Assembly (NCBI GenBank): GCA_002070375.1
Contig: MWDD01000013.1
Location: 369 to 64,368 of the forward strand
DNA: 64,000 nucleotides
From: a bacterium ADurb.Bin157
Lineage (GTDB): Bacteria > Muiribacteriota > Ozemobacteria > Ozemobacterales > Ozemobacteraceae
Reading direction: 5' to 3'
Below, piece by piece: positions 17,433 to 26,286 of the stretch. How positions within the stretch are numbered: position 1 is the first letter of the stretch; the number at the start of each line of letters is the position of its first letter. The notes under the pieces are model-generated. The model did not search any database. It was not told where the DNA came from and worked only from the letters and a program-made list of their open reading frames with translations. The translations under genes and the position numbers were made by a program.

Positions 17433-20400
17433 TTTTTTCCTTTTCTGCCTCATTAGCTACAAGGTTATTATTAAAAACCAAAATAACCAGCGTCATATCG
17501 TCTTCAGGGTCGTTATTCTCAGTATGAAGCTTGTATTTGTTATATATATTATTATAGAACAAAGCCGGATTAATATCATAAGAATCAGCTATAATCTTTT
17601 GGAATTGTGAGTATCCAAGGTCTTCACCCGCAGTATTTCTGGACTCAATTATTCCATCAGAATAAAAAATTACTGCATCGCCTTGTTCTAACTCAAATGA
17701 TTTTTCGGTATAGACAGTTTTTTTAAATGCTCCCAGTACCGGCGAAGCAAACTTAAGCTCTTCAACTTCATTAGTCTTCTTTCTGTAAATATATGGTGAA
17801 CAACCTCCTGCGTTTGCATAGAGTGCCTTCCCCTCTTCACTGTTAAATACCACATATTGGAATGTCATAATTTTTCTTTGCTGCTTATTTTTTGACTGCA
17901 AAATCAGTTGATGCAAGAGATTTAATATTTTTTCCGGTGAATTTTGATATTCCTCACTACACAGAATACCTGCTTTCGCCATAGCCATAATTAAGGCAGC
18001 ACCTATTCCGTGCCCGGCCACATCACCAATTAAAGCCGCAAAATATTTATCATTGATTTGAAAATAATCAAAATAGTCTCCTCCTATAGCGCTCATGGCA
18101 ATACTTTTTCCATATACGGCAAAAGAGTTATGGAAAAAACTTTCCTTGGGAAAAAGACTCTCTTGAACAACTTTCGCGGTTTCAACTTCAGCTAAGCCAA
18201 CCATTATGTTGTTAAATATATTTCCCACTTCTCCGAATTCATCTTTATCCAGATTAGTGATTCTATGTGAAAAATCTCTGTTTTCTATTGCTATTGCCCC
18301 TTTTTGCAACTCGCTTAAGGGTTCTAAAAAACTTTTTGCAAGTATTTGAGCCAAACTGATGGCTAAAACAGTATTTAATAGTACATACAGGGTCAGCTCT
18401 GTTTTCTGCTTTCCGATAATTTTTTCTGCATTTTTAATTGGATAAAGGCCTATCAGCCTGTAGGCATTTAAATACTCGCCGTTAAAAGCCACAATAACGT
18501 AATCTTGGCCATTATAATTAATAAATTCGATTTCTTCTGACTGTGATTTCCCTGTTTTTTTAACATAGTCAATAAGGACATCGTTTTCATCTTTAATATT
18601 TCCAAAAAATTCACGTGTCGCCAAATTATAGACAACAAGTTTAATATTATGTTCATTTCTGTTGGCATCAAATAAAGATGTTTTAAGAAAATCAGCTTGC
18701 AGGCGATTACCTAACCATAAACACACCAGTGCATAGTCTAATTTATCGGGCGTATGAACCGGCACAAACTTAAAATAAGTCATGTTTATATTTTTTTCAA
18801 AACCCCAAGGTTTAATATCATCAACATTAGTCATCAATCCATTTGTTATCTCAATAAAATTAAGCTGCAATAAAGATTCTGCCACGAGTTCTAACCTTGC
18901 GACCAAATGTCTCGGCAACTCTTTGCGATTCAAATCACCAATAATTTTTTTGGCAACTAAGTTGAGTAATTTTAATTCATCATAAGCATACTTCGATAAA
19001 GTTCTGTTAAATGTGCTTTTTTCTTTGTCGAGGACAGGGTTATCAATCGAGCCTTTGTAGTATATAAAACCGTCGCTTGAACCGACATAGCTGGTTTCGC
19101 TGCCAATTACATAAGATTTATCCACATACATATTATCAATCAAATATTTCATGGAATCGCTATTAAATTGTTTATCAAACCCATTTTTTTTAACGTGCTC
19201 TCCCCATTTTTTATAGAATTTATCTAAATCAAAACAAATATTCTTTAAAAACGATCTAAATTTTCTGTCATAGCTTTTCAAAGCATCATTTGTCATGTTC
19301 TGAGCCGATGAAATCAGCACATGTCTCTTATGAATATTATGCTCATTTGAAATCATGATCATGGCAACCAATGGAATTCCGGTTGAAAACCAAAAAAGGA
19401 AAGCGAGCTTTAACCTAATTGAAAACTTTCCGGGTATTTTGTAAACAATGCTTCTCCAAGTGTAAAATAAAAACGGTAACATTACTAAACCGTAAATTAC
19501 AGCACCAAACAGAGAATATAGGTTAATAATTTTATCAGAATATTTTCTTTTTACAGATGTAATGAATCTGAACTCGGGAGATATGTAGCTATAACCATAG
19601 TATCTGTCAGGATCTAAAACAAAATCGCTCTTCAATTTTTCGAAATTTTCAATTAGTGTATTATCAAAAATATCATCAAGACTTTTATTGTTAACCCAAA
19701 GATTCTTTTTATTATCTCGGCAATCCACTATTCCGACACTTATATCCGGATATGTGTTTTTAGAGTTTTTAACTATATATTTCAAAGATGTGAAATTTTT
19801 AAAAATATCATAATTAAAAAATATCAGAACCATAGCATTTTCTAATGCGTAAGCGGCGAAAGGAGGTTTTTGCATCGCACTGTCAGCCCAAGCCAGGGAA
19901 AAAGATACCGCGTCTCTTGTTCCAACTAATGCATCTTCGATTATCTGCGGCCCAAGTATTTTTTTACTGCGATCTAAATCTACTCTGCCCCTTAGTTTTG
20001 AATAATGTATTCCATTTGATGCAAAATATGGGGCATAATACAAAAGAATATCATGAACACTTTTCCACTCAGCCTCGTTGTATTCGGTCTCAAATGTTTT
20101 ATCCTGAATTTTTCCTGATGAATTCCAAACAATAAAGTCTATTTCATTATCAAAAGCTTTTTTTTGATTATGCATCCAAGTAATCAAAGGGCCTACCGTT
20201 ATATTTTTACTGCCTAGTTTTGCAAAGTTTTCATAAAAGAATCTACCAAAGAAATCCTCTTCATTTTTTGCCTGTTTAGCATTATTGATTAATTGTTGAT
20301 GACGCATTTTATAATCAAAAAGACTATTTTGTTCGTCCATAGTAAAGTATCTGTTTATAGCAAAAAATGACAAAACAGCCGGAATACCCACAAGGAATAT

Positions 20401-20469
20401 AGCCATGAGTATCCAAGCAACAAGGGACCTAATTGAATACGTATTATAGTTTTTATTTTTACTATTCAT
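17413..20469 (-). CDS. Membrane sensor phosphatase with two periplasmic domains, HAMP and a PP2C (SpoIIE) domain. Paralog 1.
   Basis: 1018 aa. Hydrophobic segments at about aa 17-38, 315-335, 350-370 and 690-710. HAMP-like linker (LSELQKGAIAIENRDFSHRI...EFGEVGNIFNNIM). PP2C motifs (GGDYFDYF, IGDVAGHGIGAALIMAM, YSDGIIESRN). Confidence 0.75.
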   Translation of the reverse strand: MNSKNKNYNTYSIRSLVAWILMAIFLVGIPAVLSFFAINRYFTMDEQNSLFDYKMRHQQLINNAKQAKNEEDFFGRFFYENFAKLGSKNITVGPLITWMHNQKKAFDNEIDFIVWNSSGKIQDKTFETEYNEAEWKSVHDILLYYAPYFASNGIHYSKLRGRVDLDRSKKILGPQIIEDALVGTRDAVSFSLAWADSAMQKPPFAAYALENAMVLIFFNYDIFKNFTSLKYIVKNSKNTYPDISVGIVDCRDNKKNLWVNNKSLDDIFDNTLIENFEKLKSDFVLDPDRYYGYSYISPEFRFITSVKRKYSDKIINLYSLFGAVIYGLVMLPFLFYTWRSIVYKIPGKFSIRLKLAFLFWFSTGIPLVAMIMISNEHNIHKRHVLISSAQNMTNDALKSYDRKFRSFLKNICFDLDKFYKKWGEHVKKNGFDKQFNSDSMKYLIDNMYVDKSYVIGSETSYVGSSDGFIYYKGSIDNPVLDKEKSTFNRTLSKYAYDELKLLNLVAKKIIGDLNRKELPRHLVARLELVAESLLQLNFIEITNGLMTNVDDIKPWGFEKNINMTYFKFVPVHTPDKLDYALVCLWLGNRLQADFLKTSLFDANRNEHNIKLVVYNLATREFFGNIKDENDVLIDYVKKTGKSQSEEIEFINYNGQDYVIVAFNGEYLNAYRLIGLYPIKNAEKIIGKQKTELTLYVLLNTVLAISLAQILAKSFLEPLSELQKGAIAIENRDFSHRITNLDKDEFGEVGNIFNNIMVGLAEVETAKVVQESLFPKESFFHNSFAVYGKSIAMSAIGGDYFDYFQINDKYFAALIGDVAGHGIGAALIMAMAKAGILCSEEYQNSPEKILNLLHQLILQSKNKQQRKIMTFQYVVFNSEEGKALYANAGGCSPYIYRKKTNEVEELKFASPVLGAFKKTVYTEKSFELEQGDAVIFYSDGIIESRNTAGEDLGYSQFQKIIADSYDINPALFYNNIYNKYKLHTENNDPEDDMTLVILVFNNNLVANEAEKEKNGKQII

Positions 20470-23371
20470 TATTAATAACCATTACAGTAAAGTCATCATC
20501 AGGTTTTGCAGACCATTCATCGTATTCAGCATAGATATTATTATAAAACTTTTCAGGGTTTCGATCATACAGTCTCGGCAATACTCTTTTCAGTCGTTCA
20601 AAAGTATATTCTTCTCCCTCTTCATTCTTGGCTTCGGCAATTCCGTCTGTATATAGAATCAGAGAGAGACCTCTTTCCAGAACAAAGTCTAAATTCTTAT
20701 ATCGAGCTTTTGGGCCTATTCCTAAGGGAGTTCCTATATGCTCAACAAATTCTGCGGAGTTATTTTTTGGATCAACAATAATTGGAAAGCAATGGCCTGC
20801 ATTAGCGAAACAAAAAGCATTTTTATGTGGCTCAACCGTAAAATATTGGAAAGTCATCATTCTTTTAAGCCTATCGTTTTTAATTGCAAAAAACATCTTA
20901 TGCAATCTTGTTGTCAGAAGTGAAGGGTCTGACTTTTCTTCTTCTGACGCTGTAATTACTCCCGCTTTAGCCATTGCCATCATTAAGCCGGCTCCAACTC
21001 CATGGCCGGCAACGTCTCCTATTAAAACCCCCCATTTTCCTTCATTAATTTTAACCACATCATAATAATCTCCGCCGAGGGTTGTCATCACTATATTTTG
21101 AGCATATACAGATAAGTTTTCGAGTTTAAATTGGTTTCCAGGCAAAAGACTTTCTTGAACAACCTTTGCCATCTCAAAATCTGCCAATCCTTCTATTACG
21201 CGATTAAAAACCTGGTTAACATGTCCAAATTCATCTTCGTCTGTTATCGGAATTCTATGTGTATACTGTTGATTTCCAACCGCAATAGTTCCTTGTCTTA
21301 AATTATTAATGGGTGTAATAAACTGATTTATCAGAACCTGGCCCAAAACAATTGTTAAAATCATACTAATAAAAGCGCACATCAATATAAAATCACGCAA
21401 ATTATCAACCCGATCCTTCAACTTTTCCATTGGATAAGTTGCAGCCAATAATATATTATTGAGATTTATGCCTCTTGAAATTACTGTCAAGTAATAGTTC
21501 ATCCCTATTCTGACAGGCAGAGTTTTTGATTCAGAAAAACTATTGAGTGTTTCCATATGTTTTAGCAAAACCGGAGAAAAAGTTTTAGAAGGCGACTTTC
21601 GGTGCCTTCCATCAAGAGAAGCGGTATAAAACTGTATATTTTTATCATCACCGGCATTTTTAATGTAATATCTGTCTACATACAATTGTTGAAATCTATT
21701 ATCATCCCACGACATATAGAGTAAATAATTATTTTTGTAAGTTTCTTTTTCACCAATCATAAATGTATATGAAAGTCTTTCACTGCTTCCCATATTCATT
21801 GTTTTTACTTGCCGAACATTTGTAAAAGATTTTCGCACCACGTCAGAGTTTTCAGGATCAAGAATTTTTGAAAACATATCTTCTGAGGGTTCAAAAGGGA
21901 AGCCATTTGAATAATTCAAAATAGCCTTGGCAAAAGCCTTATAAAAAGATAAATCTATTTTTTGATGTTTGCTTATGTCTCTGTAGGCATATAGTTGCTT
22001 GCTGTCACTGGCAAATAAAGCAAGTTCAGAAGGTTCAAAAGAGGCGGCAAAACTGCCAATTTCTTCTACAGATTCATCACTCAGAGTATTCGCTTTATTC
22101 TCTTTATTAATTTGATCGAGTTTTTCGTTAAGCTTATATGAAAACTCGTATTTTAAAGATTCAAATCTGCTATCAAAATCTCTGAGTTTTCTTGACAGAT
22201 TTGATTTGGTTTCTTCATAAATAGTTTCTTGAGCAACATTTAAATAATCGTATGCAATAAATCCCAGGATAGACAAAGGTATTAGATTTGCCAGCATAAA
22301 TATAAAAGTCACTTTCCAGGAAATTGATACAAAAGTGCTTCTGAAGTTTATTGTCAAATAGATTGTTGCGTATAAAATAAAAAGCAACACCATTATCTGG
22401 TAAAATTTAGTTGTATGCTTTACTTCTCTCGACCATATTTTCTCTTCTTTTGGATAGATACAAAACGCTCTGAGCTCAGGCTGCGGCATTGTCAAAAGAG
22501 CCAAAATCTCGTCGTCTTCATAGAATGATTCACCTGATTTTTCAAATTTTGCCAATGCCATTTTTAGTGAATTTTTGTATTCTATCGGAATTTTTGTTTT
22601 AGGCTCAGAATAATCATCCGAGGTTGAATAGCCGCAAACATAAGCTAATTCTTTATTATTTAAAGCCTTAATAATTTTTTTTAAAGTAAAATTAGATTCG
22701 GTAATAGCACGAGAAAAAAAACACATAAAGCTTACTTTAGAATCTAATCGATACCAGACATACGAATATTGGCCTCCTAAGTCGGTCAAGATAGGCCCTG
22801 CGTCTTCTCCCCTTAGGTATGGTTTTCTGAGATGATCCGGGATTATTATTTTACCAAGCAATTGTCTAATAATGTTAATATTTGATGAAACGCTTGCAAG
22901 CGCCGAAATATTTGACTTTGGATCATCGCTTATTGTAGCTACCACTTCTTTTAAAATTTCATAAACGCGCTTCATAGCATAATAAAAGGTTTTTTTATCT
23001 GTTAAGTCTCTGACCACTTCTCCGGATTCGTCCCAGACTATAAATTCCATAACATTGGGATAGTTTTGTCGAATATTATTAATAGCAGGTTTCAGATATT
23101 TCAAAGGCTCCGGTGATTTATTTGCTATATTTGAAATTTCGGTCAGTAAAAAATGAAAATATCTGCTGTTAGTGCTATATTTTTCAACATATTCCAGTTT
23201 ATTTTTCATTTTTTCTTGGGCTTGGTTTCTTTTTAAGGTTGTTGAAATTTCATATTGTCTGTCAAGCAAAGAAAAAATGATCAAACTTGGGAATAAGAAA
23301 TATGAAAAAAAGTAAACAAAACCTGTGAGAATCTTGTTCATTAGTTTATTGCAACCTATCTCTGATGCCAT
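20462..23371 (-). CDS. Membrane sensor phosphatase with two periplasmic domains, HAMP and PP2C. Paralog 2.
   Basis: 969 aa with the same architecture (IGDVAGHGVGAGLMMAMAKAG, YTDGIAEAKN). 8-nt overlap with the downstream paralog. Confidence 0.75.
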   Translation of the reverse strand: MASEIGCNKLMNKILTGFVYFFSYFLFPSLIIFSLLDRQYEISTTLKRNQAQEKMKNKLEYVEKYSTNSRYFHFLLTEISNIANKSPEPLKYLKPAINNIRQNYPNVMEFIVWDESGEVVRDLTDKKTFYYAMKRVYEILKEVVATISDDPKSNISALASVSSNINIIRQLLGKIIIPDHLRKPYLRGEDAGPILTDLGGQYSYVWYRLDSKVSFMCFFSRAITESNFTLKKIIKALNNKELAYVCGYSTSDDYSEPKTKIPIEYKNSLKMALAKFEKSGESFYEDDEILALLTMPQPELRAFCIYPKEEKIWSREVKHTTKFYQIMVLLFILYATIYLTINFRSTFVSISWKVTFIFMLANLIPLSILGFIAYDYLNVAQETIYEETKSNLSRKLRDFDSRFESLKYEFSYKLNEKLDQINKENKANTLSDESVEEIGSFAASFEPSELALFASDSKQLYAYRDISKHQKIDLSFYKAFAKAILNYSNGFPFEPSEDMFSKILDPENSDVVRKSFTNVRQVKTMNMGSSERLSYTFMIGEKETYKNNYLLYMSWDDNRFQQLYVDRYYIKNAGDDKNIQFYTASLDGRHRKSPSKTFSPVLLKHMETLNSFSESKTLPVRIGMNYYLTVISRGINLNNILLAATYPMEKLKDRVDNLRDFILMCAFISMILTIVLGQVLINQFITPINNLRQGTIAVGNQQYTHRIPITDEDEFGHVNQVFNRVIEGLADFEMAKVVQESLLPGNQFKLENLSVYAQNIVMTTLGGDYYDVVKINEGKWGVLIGDVAGHGVGAGLMMAMAKAGVITASEEEKSDPSLLTTRLHKMFFAIKNDRLKRMMTFQYFTVEPHKNAFCFANAGHCFPIIVDPKNNSAEFVEHIGTPLGIGPKARYKNLDFVLERGLSLILYTDGIAEAKNEEGEEYTFERLKRVLPRLYDRNPEKFYNNIYAEYDEWSAKPDDDFTVMVINNE

Positions 23372-23376
23372 ATTTT

Positions 23377-26286
23377 TTATTCCGGGTTAAAAACCGCAAC
23401 AATGATTGTTAAATCATCGCCGGCCGAAACACTTCCGATATATCCCAAATAAGCCTTATATATATTATTATAATAAATTTCAGCATTATTATCCCATGAA
23501 TCCAATAATATTTTCTTCATTCCGTCATAACCGAGTTCAATATCGGCTTCATTTCTGGATTCAACCAAGCCGTCAGTATAAAAGACAATGGCGTCACCCG
23601 GATTAAATTTAATATTTATCTCTTCATAAGTAGCCCTTTTAAAGGCTCCCAATGCTGCTCCCGCAAGGGTCAATTCTTCAGTCTTGTTTTCGTTTTTCCT
23701 AACAATTATCGGAGAACAGGCACCCGCATTACTGTATACTCCGGTCCCATCGGTAGAATTCAAACAAAGGTATTGAAAAGTCATAATTTTCTTTTGCTTT
23801 TTTGTTTTTGATTCCAATATTAGTTGATGTAATCTTAAAACCAGTTCTCTTGGTTTTTCCCAGTAGTTTTCAGATTGAATAATTCCGGCTTTTGCCATTG
23901 CCATGATAAGGGCGGCCCCCACCCCATGCCCGGCAACATCGCCGAGAAGTATTCCAAAATTATCGTTACTCACAGACAAATAATCAAAATAGTCTCCGCC
24001 TAATTGGCTTTTTGAGATGCTTTTTCCGTATACCGAAAAGTTTTTTGCAGAATAAACATTATCAGGAAGCAGCTGAGTTTGAATTGTACCTGCCACAGAC
24101 AATTCGTCAAGATCAACCATAACTTCGTTAAATATTTGTCCCATTGCTCCAAATTCATCATTCCCCAAATTGGGTAATCTATAATCAAAGTTATTGTTAG
24201 AAATGGCCATTGCCGCTTCTGTAATTGAAAACAATGGTTTTATAAACGAAGATGCCAAAATCTGAGATAGGGTTAATGTTAATAATAAACTCAAAACGGC
24301 AAAAACAATCAGCTGTTTTCTCTGTTTAGTAATAATTTTATCTATTTCTTTGAGCGGGAAAAGCCCCATCAGCTTAAATTCAGAGACGTGCTTTCCGTTA
24401 AAGCCTATTATTAAGTGGGGTTCACCGAGATAGTTAACAATCTTAAGCTCTTTGCTCGGATAAGAAGTCAGTGTTTGAGCAAAACCTCTTAAATCTTGAT
24501 TTTGATAGCTTTCAGGAGGAATAGCATAATCGCTGCTTTCGAAAGCAACTATTTTAATACCGATGTCATTTCTGTTTGCTTGAGGTATAGCCTCTTTTAA
24601 ATAGTCAAATTGAAGGTCTGTAGACTCATATCTCCCCATAATAAAGTAGTCTTGTTTGTCACTCGTGCTATCAAGTGCAAAGGTATCTATCACGCTCAAA
24701 AACACTGTTTGTCCGAAACCGAACATCAAAAACTTACCTCTTGAGCTTAATAGGTCATACAAAACATTGTAGGCGGATTTTCTTGTAACAGATTCCACAA
24801 GGAGCTCAATCTCAGTTTCGTCTTTTTCAGAAATTCTGGTATTGTTTATTTTAGCCAAAAAATATCTGCCAATTTTATTAATTACTTCGCCTTGTTTAAT
24901 ATCGTCTTCTTTAATTTTTTTATATTCGTACAAAACTTTTCGACCTTTGACAAAGGCAAGTTCAGAGGCAACTATATCACTGTCGCTGGCAACAAGGAGT
25001 GTTGTGTTGACAAATCCGCCTAAATCATCGTAAAAAGTACGCATGACCGGCATTGTCAGATTATTTTCACTAATATTTTTAATTAAACTTGTCTTTGCTT
25101 TTTCTTTTTGAACGAGTTTTTTAGCATATCTAAGTTCCATTTTTTCGTCCAGGTCTTGAATAAATTCAATTCCGAGATCTCTTTTTTCTCTTAACAAATC
25201 AGCACGTTTTTGCGCTAAATAATCCAAACCAATAAATAGCAAAACTAGTATTGGCAATGCATTTGCGAAAAAGAACAAAAATCTTAATTTCAATTTAATC
25301 GAAACCTTATCAGGCTTTTTGTCGATATAAACTCGCCAAGCATATCTTGCAAAACACACCGCATAAATTGTTAACAAAGCCAGCATAAAAGCGAAAATTA
25401 TGTATGTTTTTGTATTTTGCTCGCGGTTTTTACTAATATATCCGAGAAGTGTAATATCAGGCCTGATATACATAGGAAATACATAATAATTTTCTGTTTC
25501 TATATTTTGCGTTTTAATTTCTCTGTATTCTTTAAGCGAATTAATTAACTCAAGCGACACATTTTCTGCGTCCGGTTCATCCTTTTCATCAAACATCACA
25601 AAATTAACGTCTTTATCGCCTTTCCAATATTCATTTAAATAACCTCTGACCCCTGTTTTATTATAAAAACTCTCATAATCGATAAAAACAAATATTAGAT
25701 ATTTTCCGTTAATTGCCACCCAAAATATAGGTTTTTTAAAAGAGCTGTCAGGCCAGACCAAATACAGATCATCTTTTCCGTGACTTTTGTCTAAATGGTC
25801 AAAATTCAGCTGCGGACCTAATATTTTTCCGCATGTTCTAAGCTCTGCCAAAGAAAAATCAGATTTACTTGAGCGAAAGGCTTTAAATATAGTTGATACA
25901 ACGAGTCGCCAATCGTTTTTATCTTTAACAATTCCGGAGTCTTCGACAATTTGATTGGTATTGTTGGCAATCACATAATCAAACTCAAGAGTTTCTTTAA
26001 GCTTTTTTATTCGAGCTTTAATTTTATCTAGCTCAAAAGGCTCTCTCACATTCGGAGGTCTTAAAGCAGAGTTTAAAACAACACACCAAAATTGTTGAGG
26101 GTCAGAAAACTTTTTAATTTCACTGTAAAACTTTTTTATTTCTTCTGAGTTAGCCAATATATTTTTCTTATTTTGATTCTTAACAAAATACTTATATCCC
26201 CCAAAAGTCATTAAAAATGGAATTCCTACAAAGCATATTATTAAAGTTAACCAATAGAAAAATTTATTAAATGTTATTTTAATCAT
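23377..26286 (-). CDS. Membrane sensor phosphatase with two periplasmic domains, HAMP and PP2C. Paralog 3.
   Basis: 969 aa with the same architecture (LGDVAGHGVGAALIMAMAKAG, YTDGLVESRN). Confidence 0.75.
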   Translation of the reverse strand: MIKITFNKFFYWLTLIICFVGIPFLMTFGGYKYFVKNQNKKNILANSEEIKKFYSEIKKFSDPQQFWCVVLNSALRPPNVREPFELDKIKARIKKLKETLEFDYVIANNTNQIVEDSGIVKDKNDWRLVVSTIFKAFRSSKSDFSLAELRTCGKILGPQLNFDHLDKSHGKDDLYLVWPDSSFKKPIFWVAINGKYLIFVFIDYESFYNKTGVRGYLNEYWKGDKDVNFVMFDEKDEPDAENVSLELINSLKEYREIKTQNIETENYYVFPMYIRPDITLLGYISKNREQNTKTYIIFAFMLALLTIYAVCFARYAWRVYIDKKPDKVSIKLKLRFLFFFANALPILVLLFIGLDYLAQKRADLLREKRDLGIEFIQDLDEKMELRYAKKLVQKEKAKTSLIKNISENNLTMPVMRTFYDDLGGFVNTTLLVASDSDIVASELAFVKGRKVLYEYKKIKEDDIKQGEVINKIGRYFLAKINNTRISEKDETEIELLVESVTRKSAYNVLYDLLSSRGKFLMFGFGQTVFLSVIDTFALDSTSDKQDYFIMGRYESTDLQFDYLKEAIPQANRNDIGIKIVAFESSDYAIPPESYQNQDLRGFAQTLTSYPSKELKIVNYLGEPHLIIGFNGKHVSEFKLMGLFPLKEIDKIITKQRKQLIVFAVLSLLLTLTLSQILASSFIKPLFSITEAAMAISNNNFDYRLPNLGNDEFGAMGQIFNEVMVDLDELSVAGTIQTQLLPDNVYSAKNFSVYGKSISKSQLGGDYFDYLSVSNDNFGILLGDVAGHGVGAALIMAMAKAGIIQSENYWEKPRELVLRLHQLILESKTKKQKKIMTFQYLCLNSTDGTGVYSNAGACSPIIVRKNENKTEELTLAGAALGAFKRATYEEINIKFNPGDAIVFYTDGLVESRNEADIELGYDGMKKILLDSWDNNAEIYYNNIYKAYLGYIGSVSAGDDLTIIVAVFNPE

